Shown here: positions 23,033-30,522 of the stretch, piece by piece
Layout: each line of letters starts with the position of its first letter
How positions within the stretch are numbered: position 1 is the first letter of the stretch
From: Candidatus Micrarchaeota archaeon CG_4_10_14_0_2_um_filter_60_11
Lineage (GTDB): Archaea > Micrarchaeota > Micrarchaeia > Norongarragalinales > Norongarragalinaceae
Direction: 5' to 3'
Assembly (NCBI GenBank): GCA_002792915.1
Contig: PFPF01000020.1
Coordinates: 1-30,522, forward strand
Length of the DNA: 30,522 nucleotides
Notes under the pieces: generated by a model
Databases searched by the model: none
What the model was told of the DNA's origin: nothing
Seen by the model: the letters and a program-made list of their open reading frames with translations, nothing else
Made by a program: the position numbers and the translations under genes

Positions 23033-24244
23033 ATGGACAAGCAGGCTGCAGTCTTCGTGCTCATCATCGCCGCGGCGGTGACCGCGGTTTACGCGGGGCT
23101 GTTCGTGCTCCACCTGTCCCTGCCCCTGCTCGCAATCCTGCTGTTAATCCTGGCCGCGGTCGCTTCGTTCACCCCGCAAATAATCGAGTTGAAGGAGTAC
23201 GAGCGCGGCGTGCTGTTCACGCTGGGCAAGTTCCAGCGCGTCCTGAACCCGGGCTGGACGGTCATAATTCCGAACTTCCAGTCGGTTGAAAAAGTCGATC
23301 TCCGCACGCAAGTGCTCGACATCCACCCGCAAAACGTCATAACGCAAGAGCAAATCCGCCTCAAGGTGGACGCGGTCGTCTACCTGCGCATCAAGGACCC
23401 GTACAAGTGCGTGGTCGAAATCAAGAACTACAACGAGGCGGTAACGCATATCATCCACTCGGAAATCAGGAACATCATCGGCAAGATGACCGTGGAAGAA
23501 GTCATCGCGCGCACCGAGGAAATCGGCGCCGAGCTCTTCGAAACCCTGAAGAACGTGGAAACCCAGTGGGGCATCTCCACCCAAAAAGTCGAAATCCAGA
23601 GCATCGAATTGCCGCACGGCTTGGCCGAAGCGATGCAAAAGCGCCGCGAAGCCACCGAGTACAAGCAAAAGCTGGAAACCGAGGCGGAAGCCCGCCAGGT
23701 GAGCATCGACATACTCGACCGCGCGGCAAGCAAGATGAGCGACAAGACGCTTACTTACCTTTATCTTGACGCGCTCAAGCGCATTGCCGACGGCAAGGCC
23801 AACAAGATAATCTTCCCGCTGGAATTGACGCGGCTCGCGAACACGCTGGCGACCGGAGGCAAAGGCGGGGAGACCGACTACCCGAAAATCGCCGAGAGCC
23901 TCATCGCCGCGTACAGGGAACAGCAGAAGCGGGCGATTGACAGCAAGCTGCCGTTCGCCAAGAAAAAACCGGAAAACGAAGCGGGCGAAGAAGCGCAAAC
24001 CGAAATGGACGAGGCGCAGCAAAAACTAGCGGCTGAACAGGAAAGCGAAGCCGAAGAAGGGCAAGTTGGGGCAAAGGAAGCGCAACCGGCCGAAGAAGTG
24101 GAAGCAGCGGCACCGATGAAAAAAGCGCGGCTAACGCGGAAAAAACCGGAACCCGGCCGAAACAAGGCGGGCAAACGCTGGTCTGTGAAGGCTGTGAAGG
24201 AGAAAAGCAAGCGCGCGGCGGGCCGAAAGCGCGTAAGAAGGTAG
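23033..24244 (+). CDS. SPFH/band-7 (stomatin/prohibitin-like) membrane protein with Lys/Glu-rich C-terminal tail
   Basis: N-terminal TM. Band-7 core EYERGVLFTLGKFQRVLNPGWTVIIPNFQSVEKVDLRTQVLDI...IRLKVDAVVYLRIKDP. Start at ATG 23033, not the upstream ATG at 22781. Confidence 0.85.
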   Translation: MDKQAAVFVLIIAAAVTAVYAGLFVLHLSLPLLAILLLILAAVASFTPQIIELKEYERGVLFTLGKFQRVLNPGWTVIIPNFQSVEKVDLRTQVLDIHPQNVITQEQIRLKVDAVVYLRIKDPYKCVVEIKNYNEAVTHIIHSEIRNIIGKMTVEEVIARTEEIGAELFETLKNVETQWGISTQKVEIQSIELPHGLAEAMQKRREATEYKQKLETEAEARQVSIDILDRAASKMSDKTLTYLYLDALKRIADGKANKIIFPLELTRLANTLATGGKGGETDYPKIAESLIAAYREQQKRAIDSKLPFAKKKPENEAGEEAQTEMDEAQQKLAAEQESEAEEGQVGAKEAQPAEEVEAAAPMKKARLTRKKPEPGRNKAGKRWSVKAVKEKSKRAAGRKRVRR

Positions 24245-24299
24245 CGTTTTATACTCGCGGGCGATTAAGCCAGCGCAATCCTTGGTGGGATTAGGAATA

Positions 24300-27200
24300 A
24301 TGGCGAGCGAGGTTGACGCATTCGAGGAATTCTTCTCCAACGCCTACCGCCAGGAATTGAACGACTTGGCGTCCGGCTATCCCAAACAGCGCAGCCTGAA
24401 CGCGGACTGGGCGCTGCTATCCAAGTACAACCCGGAACTCGCGGACGCTTTCCTGAAAAACCCGGACGCCAACCTCAAGTTCGCGGAAGAGGCGGCGTCG
24501 CGCGCAATACTCGCGCCGGAAGGCAAGACGGTCAGGCCGCACGTGCGGTTCTTCAACCTCCCGCAAACCGCGGACGTGAGCGTGGAATACCTTGGGGCCG
24601 AGCAGCTGGACAAGCTCAGCCGCGTGGAAGGCGTCGTATCCTGGGTGACGGACATCCGGCCCTTGATGAAAGTCGCGCTGTGGGAGTGCATCCACTGCGA
24701 ACAGACCTTCAAGACCGTCAATGAGAAGGGAAAACTACGCAAGCCCGCGATTTGCAAGTGCGGGCGCCGCGACTTCAGGCTGGTCGAGCAGTCCAGCGAC
24801 TTCATCAACATGCAGCGCGCCCAAATGCAGGAACCCGTTGAAAAATTGCGGGGCAACCGCCCGTCCAGCCAAATCGAGGTCTGGATGGAGGACGACTTGA
24901 CGAACCAAATCGCGCCCGGGCAAAAAGTGATAGTCACGGGCATACTCCGCCTGCGCCCGAGCAAGGACAAGAGGAGCGAGCGCGGCGTTTACGAGAAATT
25001 CCTGGACGCGCAGCATTTGCACAAAATCGAGCGCGAGTTCGAGGAAATCGTGATTACGAAAGAGGAGGAAAAAGAGCTGCACGAAATCACCAAGCGGCCC
25101 AAGCTCTTCGAGGACGTGGCGCAAAGCATCGCGCCCAGCATCCGCGGCCACAACGAGCTCAAGATGGCGATTGCATTGCAGCTGTTCGGCGGAACCGCGA
25201 ACAAGGTGCTGCCCGACGGCGAGCAAATCCGCCCGGACATCCACGTATTGTTAATCGGCGACCCCGGCTGCATCATAGGCGACGAACGCGTGGCCCTCGG
25301 CAACGGCGCGATAGTCAAGATTCAAGAATTGGGGGAAACGCACCTGCAGGAAATAAGCCAGCCTTTGCTCACCGGGCAGGGTTACAAGCGCGCAACCGCC
25401 GAACGCTTTCACATTTACCGCAGCCAGCCCGTAATCGAGGTCGTCACCGAGTCGGGCAAGAGCATCAAGGGCACTTTCAACCACCCGTTGCTCGTGGTCA
25501 ACGGCATGAAACGCGATTGGAAGCGGCTGGACGAAATCATGCCCGGCGAACGCGTCGCCGTATCGGCCTGGATTCCGTGCACCATAACCGCGCCGGTCAA
25601 GACCGGTTGGAAGCCCGTCGAACACCGCTTCGGGCCGCGCTCGAAAGCCAAACTGCCGCAGACGCTGGACGCGGAAACCGCCGCGTTTCTGGGCTACGTG
25701 GCTGGCGACGGATGGGTGACGCGCACTCGCGTCGCGTTCGACGTGAACTCGGAGGAACAGGACTTGATTCCCGCCTTGACGCGAATCGCCAGGAAAAAAT
25801 TCGGTTTGGAACCGAAAGTCAGGCGCGAACAACGGCCAGGCAAAAAGCCGATGACGGTCATAGACCTCCACAGCGTGGACGTTGCGGCAAACCTGCAATT
25901 CCTGCGCGAAAAACGCGTGCCCGGCATCGTAATGCGTTCGGGCAACAAGGTTGCCGCCGCTTTCCTATCGTGGCTGTTCGAAGCCGACGGCTGCGTCTTC
26001 TCGAAGGGCCGCGGCAAGCGCGCGATTCAATTCAAATCCTCGGAAATCGAGTTCCTGCGCGACGCGCAAACGCTCTTGCTTCGCTTCGGCGTGCACTCGC
26101 GCGTAAACGGCAACAACCTGGCGATTCGCCGCGCGGGCTCAATCCGCAAGTTCGCGAAAAGCATAGGCTTCCAGTCCGCCAAAAAGAAGGCGCGGCTCGC
26201 GGAACTCGTTGCCGCCTGCAGCAGCCTGCAACACGAGCGCGGAAAAGAGTTGAGCGAGCGCGTGGTTTCAGCCAAACCCGCGGGCGTAGCCGACGTTTTC
26301 GACGTAGAAGTGCCTTCAGCCAAGCGCTTCATCGCCAACGGCATCATTTCGCACAACACGGCGAAATCCACCATTTTGGAATACGTCAGCCACTTGGCGC
26401 CCAAGAGCGTGTTCGTCTCGGGCGGCGCGGCTTCCGGCGTCGGCATGACCGCCTCCGCGGAAAAGGACAAGGACGGCGAAGGCTGGATTTTGAAGGCCGG
26501 CGCAATGGTGCTCGCCAACGGCGGCATCGCAATAATCGACGAGTTCGACAAGATGCAGGACGAGGACAGGGGCTCTATTCACGAGGCGATGGAACAGCAG
26601 AAAATCAGCGTTGCCAAGGCGGGAATAGTCACGCAGTTCTCGGCGCGGACCGCGGTTTTGGCCGCGGCGAACCCCAAGGAAGGCAGGTTCGACCCCAACA
26701 CGCCGCCGGCCGGGCAATTCAACATTTCCCCCGCGCTGTTGAGCCGCTTCGACTTGATTTTCGCAATCAAGGACGTAATCGACGAAAAACGCGACCGCGA
26801 CATGGCCGAGCACATCTTGGCGGGCCACCGCTTTGCTTCCCAAAAAGAGGCGCCGCCCGAAGGCCACCCGATCCTGCCGCGAATCGTGCCCGACACGCTG
26901 CGCAAGTACATCGCTTATGCCAGGCGCACCGCGCACCCCATATTGACGGACGAAGCCATGGAAAAAATCAAGGAATTCTACGTGGACCTCCGCCAAATCG
27001 GCATGAAGGAGAACACTTTCCCGATTACCGCCCGCCAAATCGAGGGAATAATCCGGCTGGCCGAAGCCTCCGCGAAAATGCGGTTGAGCGACCGCGTGGA
27101 AGTGCAGGACACGGAACGGGCGATTAACCTGGTCAAGTTCGTGCTCGAGGCGGTTTACGTGGACAAGACGACCGGCAAGCTGGACTCGGACGTGATTAAC

Positions 27201-27434
27201 ATCGGAAAACCCAAGTCGCGGATTGACAAGCTGCACTCGATGATGCGCATAATCAACGACTTGTCGACGAAGACGGACCTGGTGTCCAAGGATGACGCGG
27301 TGCGCGCGGCGAACGAGTTCGGCATCGACGAGACGACCGCCATCCGCCTCTTGAGCGAGCTGGAGCGCCAAGGCGACTTGTACAGCCCCCAGGCCGGCTT
27401 CATCCGTCCCACCTCAAAGCGGGATAGGGCGTGA
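24300..27434 (+). CDS. mcm: MCM replicative helicase interrupted by an intein in the Walker A (P-loop)
   Basis: Zn-finger CIHCEQTF...CKCG, Walker A split as HVLLIGDPG|C...HN|TAKSTILEY, Walker B IAIIDEFDKM, arginine finger SRFDLIF. Extein about 687 aa. The track start is TTG 24282. ATG 24300 is preferred. Confidence 0.95.
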   Translation: MASEVDAFEEFFSNAYRQELNDLASGYPKQRSLNADWALLSKYNPELADAFLKNPDANLKFAEEAASRAILAPEGKTVRPHVRFFNLPQTADVSVEYLGAEQLDKLSRVEGVVSWVTDIRPLMKVALWECIHCEQTFKTVNEKGKLRKPAICKCGRRDFRLVEQSSDFINMQRAQMQEPVEKLRGNRPSSQIEVWMEDDLTNQIAPGQKVIVTGILRLRPSKDKRSERGVYEKFLDAQHLHKIEREFEEIVITKEEEKELHEITKRPKLFEDVAQSIAPSIRGHNELKMAIALQLFGGTANKVLPDGEQIRPDIHVLLIGDPGCIIGDERVALGNGAIVKIQELGETHLQEISQPLLTGQGYKRATAERFHIYRSQPVIEVVTESGKSIKGTFNHPLLVVNGMKRDWKRLDEIMPGERVAVSAWIPCTITAPVKTGWKPVEHRFGPRSKAKLPQTLDAETAAFLGYVAGDGWVTRTRVAFDVNSEEQDLIPALTRIARKKFGLEPKVRREQRPGKKPMTVIDLHSVDVAANLQFLREKRVPGIVMRSGNKVAAAFLSWLFEADGCVFSKGRGKRAIQFKSSEIEFLRDAQTLLLRFGVHSRVNGNNLAIRRAGSIRKFAKSIGFQSAKKKARLAELVAACSSLQHERGKELSERVVSAKPAGVADVFDVEVPSAKRFIANGIISHNTAKSTILEYVSHLAPKSVFVSGGAASGVGMTASAEKDKDGEGWILKAGAMVLANGGIAIIDEFDKMQDEDRGSIHEAMEQQKISVAKAGIVTQFSARTAVLAAANPKEGRFDPNTPPAGQFNISPALLSRFDLIFAIKDVIDEKRDRDMAEHILAGHRFASQKEAPPEGHPILPRIVPDTLRKYIAYARRTAHPILTDEAMEKIKEFYVDLRQIGMKENTFPITARQIEGIIRLAEASAKMRLSDRVEVQDTERAINLVKFVLEAVYVDKTTGKLDSDVINIGKPKSRIDKLHSMMRIINDLSTKTDLVSKDDAVRAANEFGIDETTAIRLLSELERQGDLYSPQAGFIRPTSKRDRA
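25269..26357 (+). mobile_element. Intein (363 aa) with LAGLIDADG homing endonuclease, in the MCM P-loop (GDPG/TAKS site)
   Basis: CIIGDERVALGNG (block A), TFNHPLLVV (block B), FLGYVAGDGWV and WLFEADGCVF (DOD motifs), C-terminal FIANGIISHN then extein Thr. Confidence 0.85.
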
Positions 27435-27494
27435 AACACCGGCAGGCATAAGCATTAAAAGCCGCCAAAAATAGCTAAATTGTAGGGTTAAAAA

Positions 27495-28022
27495 ATGGAG
27501 TTCGAACAATTGGAGAAACTGGCGTTCGAAGCCGAAACTTCAGTAAACGCAGATATAACCTCTGGTAAAATAACTCCTGCCACTATCGATCAATTCAAAA
27601 CACTTCATGAAGGGATGATGGCAGCGGCAGATGAGTTTTATACCACTCTTCAACACAACCTCACCGCTCAAATTATAGCTTATGGCGCCTCAGAAACAAC
27701 TGCAAAGTTATGCAAAGGTATCTCCGAAAATTTGAAGTCGGCTAAAAATAGAGGGGATAATCCTATTGCCGCCGAACGCCTAGTTGAACGAAAATATTTG
27801 TTTTACTTACAGTTAGTTATATCCGGCCTTAAAATAACTCATAAAACTAAAGCAATTTCTAATGAAAATTATAATTTGATAAACGACTCTTTGCGCACAT
27901 TAGTTAGACTAGCGGATGAAGATAATATTTACCGCCCAGAATTAACTGAAAATGAAGCTGTTGAAACCGCAGTAGCTAATGCAATTAATGCGGTCGAACC
28001 AGAAATTGACCAGCATGACTAA
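27495..28022 (+). CDS. Hypothetical alpha-helical protein, first gene of the AT-rich island
   Basis: 175 aa. Codon usage and GC content differ sharply from the rest of the window. The stop overlaps the next start in an ATGACTAA arrangement. Confidence 0.5.
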   Translation: MEFEQLEKLAFEAETSVNADITSGKITPATIDQFKTLHEGMMAAADEFYTTLQHNLTAQIIAYGASETTAKLCKGISENLKSAKNRGDNPIAAERLVERKYLFYLQLVISGLKITHKTKAISNENYNLINDSLRTLVRLADEDNIYRPELTENEAVETAVANAINAVEPEIDQHD

Positions 28023-28827
28023 AACCTCTTTTTTGTTTTTGGATAGTAACATAATTCTAGGCGCAGCTCAAGAGAAACTCAAGGACTACTTAAAAATCGA
28101 AGTTCCGCGAGCGGGTTCACTAATTCAACCAAATGAATATCATCGCTATTCGCTTGATTTAATTGAAAAAAGTGGCCACGAGCAGTATTTGGAACGATTC
28201 ACCACATACACTGTAAAAATAGAAGTCAACAAGCTAGTCAGCGATCCGGAAATAATAGAAAAGAAAATAGTTTCCAAGATTTGGAACACTGCTGCGGTAA
28301 GTGGTTTGTCAGAGGATGATAAGAAAATAATAATGCCCATAATTTACCGTGTTTTTTTCTTGAAACTACCCGGGTTGGCTATTGACTTGCTAAATCATTT
28401 GAGCTCTAAGTCAGTTGAAGAAAATGAGCGAAAACAAGCGCTAGATGAACTGAAAACTAAAGTTTTCATTCCAATTTTCAGACGCAAGGGATTACTTAAA
28501 CAACATTTAGAGCTTTCGGGCCAAGAACATTTATTCAGATATGAACAAAACGAATACCAGACTTTGTTCTATGTCTTTGAGCGTTTTGGTAACTGGGATC
28601 AAAATAGGGATGTAAAAATATTAGCCGAAGCTATTTGCTGCTTTAGACGATTTAAAGAGCAATATAAAGAAACGCCAAATTTCTATTTTGTTTCAAACGA
28701 CAGATTGTTCCGAGCCAATAGGGTTAATGGGGGCAAACCATATCTAGAAATAATAAACGCAGTATATAGCAACTTTGAAATAAGTTTATGCGCTCCTAAG
28801 CATGCCATTGAACAACTTAATTTATAG
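28015..28827 (+). CDS. Hypothetical protein with PIN-like nuclease signature, second gene of the AT-rich island
   Basis: Start at MTKTSFLFLDSNIILGAAQ, a first-strand Asp like PIN vlDtnvli. Later DVKILAEAICC (D..ilA.A) and FYFVSNDRLF (t.D..f) resemble the 3rd and 4th PIN acidic motifs, with a long insertion between. The track start at 27979 is less likely. Confidence 0.45.
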   Translation: MTKTSFLFLDSNIILGAAQEKLKDYLKIEVPRAGSLIQPNEYHRYSLDLIEKSGHEQYLERFTTYTVKIEVNKLVSDPEIIEKKIVSKIWNTAAVSGLSEDDKKIIMPIIYRVFFLKLPGLAIDLLNHLSSKSVEENERKQALDELKTKVFIPIFRRKGLLKQHLELSGQEHLFRYEQNEYQTLFYVFERFGNWDQNRDVKILAEAICCFRRFKEQYKETPNFYFVSNDRLFRANRVNGGKPYLEIINAVYSNFEISLCAPKHAIEQLNL

Positions 28828-28955
28828 ACCCAAACACGCGCGTACCCAAATCCCAAGTTTTTTAAATAAGGGGAGCCGTAGTTATGGTAACTGCTTATCC
28901 CGCAGTCACTACCGTCGCGCGCTTGCGCGCCCCGCGTAGGAGGGATTGAAACGAA

Positions 28956-29591
28956 ATGGCTATTGACAGGAAAGGCTTCACGGAAGCCATAGGCAACTGC
29001 CTCGCGGAAAACAAGGGCAAACGCAAGTTCCAGCAGAGCGTCGATTTGGCGATTGGGTTTACAAGCGACGTGGACTTCAAGAAGCCTGATAATCGCTTGA
29101 ATCTGACGCTCGTCCTGCCGCACGCCCCGAGGAAGATTCCGGTGCTGGTTTACGCGGAAGGCGCGCCTGCCACGGAAGCCAAGAAGCACGCGGATTTGGT
29201 TTTGAGCGCCGCGGAAATTTCCGAGTACGCGAAGGACCCCAAAAAGGCCAAATCGCTCATCAATTACAACTCGCTCGCCACGCCGCAATTGATGGCTTCG
29301 GTGGGCAAGGCGCTCGGAAAATACCTCCGCGGTAACATTCCGACGGTTTTGCCGCCCAACTTCAACGTGGCTGACGCCATAGAGCGCAGCCGCAGGACGA
29401 TTTCAATCAAGACCAAGGGCAAGGCGCTGCCGGCGGCGCACTGCATCATCGGCAACGAGTCCATGGCCGCGGAGGAAATCGCGGAAAACGCCCGCGTTGT
29501 CATCGACGCTTTGATGAAGAAGTTCAACGAGCACCAGCTCAAGTCGGTCTTCGTGAAGACGACGATGGGCAAGCCGGTCAGGGTGAAGTAA
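28956..29591 (+). CDS. rpl1: 50S ribosomal protein L1 (uL1)
   Basis: 211 aa. FQQSVDLAIGFTSDVDFKKPDNRLNLTLVLPH typical of L1. AGGAGGG Shine-Dalgarno motif 8 nt upstream. Confidence 0.95.
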   Translation: MAIDRKGFTEAIGNCLAENKGKRKFQQSVDLAIGFTSDVDFKKPDNRLNLTLVLPHAPRKIPVLVYAEGAPATEAKKHADLVLSAAEISEYAKDPKKAKSLINYNSLATPQLMASVGKALGKYLRGNIPTVLPPNFNVADAIERSRRTISIKTKGKALPAAHCIIGNESMAAEEIAENARVVIDALMKKFNEHQLKSVFVKTTMGKPVRVK

Positions 29592-29593
29592 AA

Positions 29594-30427
29594 ATGGGCA
29601 TTACTCGCGAAAAGAAGGAAGAGCTCGTCAAGCGCATTGCCGGGGACTTGAAGAAGTACCCCGTAATCGGCGTCGCCTCGATAGAGGGCCTGCCGGGCAA
29701 GCAGTACGGCAGCATCAAGAAGAAGGTTTCAAGCAAGGCGAGCATTAGCGCCACGCGCCTGACTTTGATGGGGCGCGCGATTGACGAGTCCGGCAGGAAG
29801 GAGCTGCAGGAACTCAAGCAGTACTTCGGCAACGCGACCGTGCTCGTGTGCACGGACGCGGACGCCTTCTCGCTTTACAGGCTGTTCAAGCAGAACAAGT
29901 CCAAGACGATTGCGAAGGCGGGACAAATTGCGCCGTTCGACATCATCGTGCCCGCGGGCGAAACCGGCCTAGCGCCCGGACCCATCCTGACCGAACTAAA
30001 GCTGGCCAAGGTTGACGCACGCATACAGGGGCCAAAGGTAGTCATCGCGAGGGATTCGACGGTAGCCAAAAAGGGCGACGCGATAACCGGGCCCGCGGCG
30101 TCAATCCTCGCCAAGCTGGGCGTGGAGCCGTTCGAAATCGGGTTCGACGTCAAGGCGGTTTGGGACCACGGCACGATGTACATGGGCGAAGTGCTCAACA
30201 TCGACGAGGAAGGCATACTCAACGACTTGAGGAACGCCCACGCGGGCGCCTTGAACCTGTGCGTTTACGCGGAAGTGTACAACGAGGCGAGCGCGCCGTT
30301 CATCGTCGCCAAGGCCGCACGCGAGGCGAACGCACTGCAAAAGGTGCTGGAAGCGGTTAAAACTCCTGAAAACAAGAAAGAAGCGAAAGCCGAGCCTGCC
30401 GAGTCTGGGCAGGCGGAGCAGAAGTGA
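29594..30427 (+). CDS. rpl10: 50S ribosomal protein L10 / acidic phosphoprotein P0 (uL10)
   Basis: 277 aa. Starts 2 nt after the L1 stop. N-terminal L10 fold and C-terminal Ala/Glu-rich tail. Confidence 0.9.
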   Translation: MGITREKKEELVKRIAGDLKKYPVIGVASIEGLPGKQYGSIKKKVSSKASISATRLTLMGRAIDESGRKELQELKQYFGNATVLVCTDADAFSLYRLFKQNKSKTIAKAGQIAPFDIIVPAGETGLAPGPILTELKLAKVDARIQGPKVVIARDSTVAKKGDAITGPAASILAKLGVEPFEIGFDVKAVWDHGTMYMGEVLNIDEEGILNDLRNAHAGALNLCVYAEVYNEASAPFIVAKAAREANALQKVLEAVKTPENKKEAKAEPAESGQAEQK

Positions 30428-30451
30428 AAATTAATTGAAAAGGTGAGGAAA

Positions 30452-30522
30452 ATGAAGGACGTGTACGCTGCATTGCTGTTGCATTCCGCGGGCAAGCCCA
30501 TCGACGAGGAAAACGTCGAAAA
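30452..30522 (+). CDS. rpl12: 50S ribosomal stalk protein P1 (aL12), 5' partial (runs off window end)
   Basis: ATG at 30452 translates to MKDVYAALLLHSAGKPIDEENVE, the canonical archaeal L12 N-terminus. Not in the ORF track because it is truncated. Confidence 0.8.
   Translation, partial: MKDVYAALLLHSAGKPIDEENVE

Noticed and set aside
25517-27371. 536-aa plus-strand off-frame and 351-aa minus-strand ORFs inside mcm
   Set aside because: Overlap the strongly supported MCM/intein reading frame. Composition dominated by R/G/A/P. Artefacts of GC-rich sequence.

Overview
High-GC (about 60-65%) archaeal chromosomal window. The archaeal assignment rests on an aRF1 with NIKS and GGQ motifs, an archaeal/eukaryal-type GlyRS, Nop5, MCM, the L1-P0(L10)-P1(L12) ribosomal operon, TATA-box/leaderless promoter architecture and a BHB-type tRNA intron. 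Order along the window: (i) a small toxin-antitoxin/accessory stretch (MNT-HEPN pair, RHH-RelE pair, a Cys-rich ORF and a histone-fold ORF, partly lower GC). (ii) an intron-containing tRNA-Gly(UCC), MscS, GlyRS, and an unusual Nop5 that lacks the fibrillarin-binding N-terminal domain and coiled-coil and instead carries Arg/Gly-rich tandem repeats, translationally coupled to a CYTH-domain gene where fibrillarin usually sits. (iii) an envelope cluster with a Cys-rich lipoprotein, a secreted transglutaminase-like protein and two tandem membrane-anchored Lon (S16)-protease-domain paralogs. (iv) an RsmD-like methyltransferase, tRNA-Ser(GCU), and a DUF47-PiT phosphate transporter operon. (v) TruD followed by an aRF1 that carries a 512-aa LAGLIDADG intein inserted exactly after the catalytic GGQ motif. 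(vi) an intergenic array of strong hairpins and direct repeats upstream of an S2P (M50) protease. (vii) a bacterial-type HPF/RaiA-like ribosome-hibernation-factor homolog, a DUF373/SPFH divergent pair, and an MCM with a 363-aa intein in the Walker A P-loop. (viii) a sharply AT-rich (about 35% GC) 1.4-kb island of two overlapping ORFs (an alpha-helical protein plus a PIN-like protein) wedged between MCM and the L1-P0-P1 operon. I consider this island the best candidate for a horizontally acquired, undescribed toxin/defence-like module. Many long Arg/Pro/Gly-rich ORFs in the six-frame track are antisense or off-frame artefacts of the high GC and were rejected.
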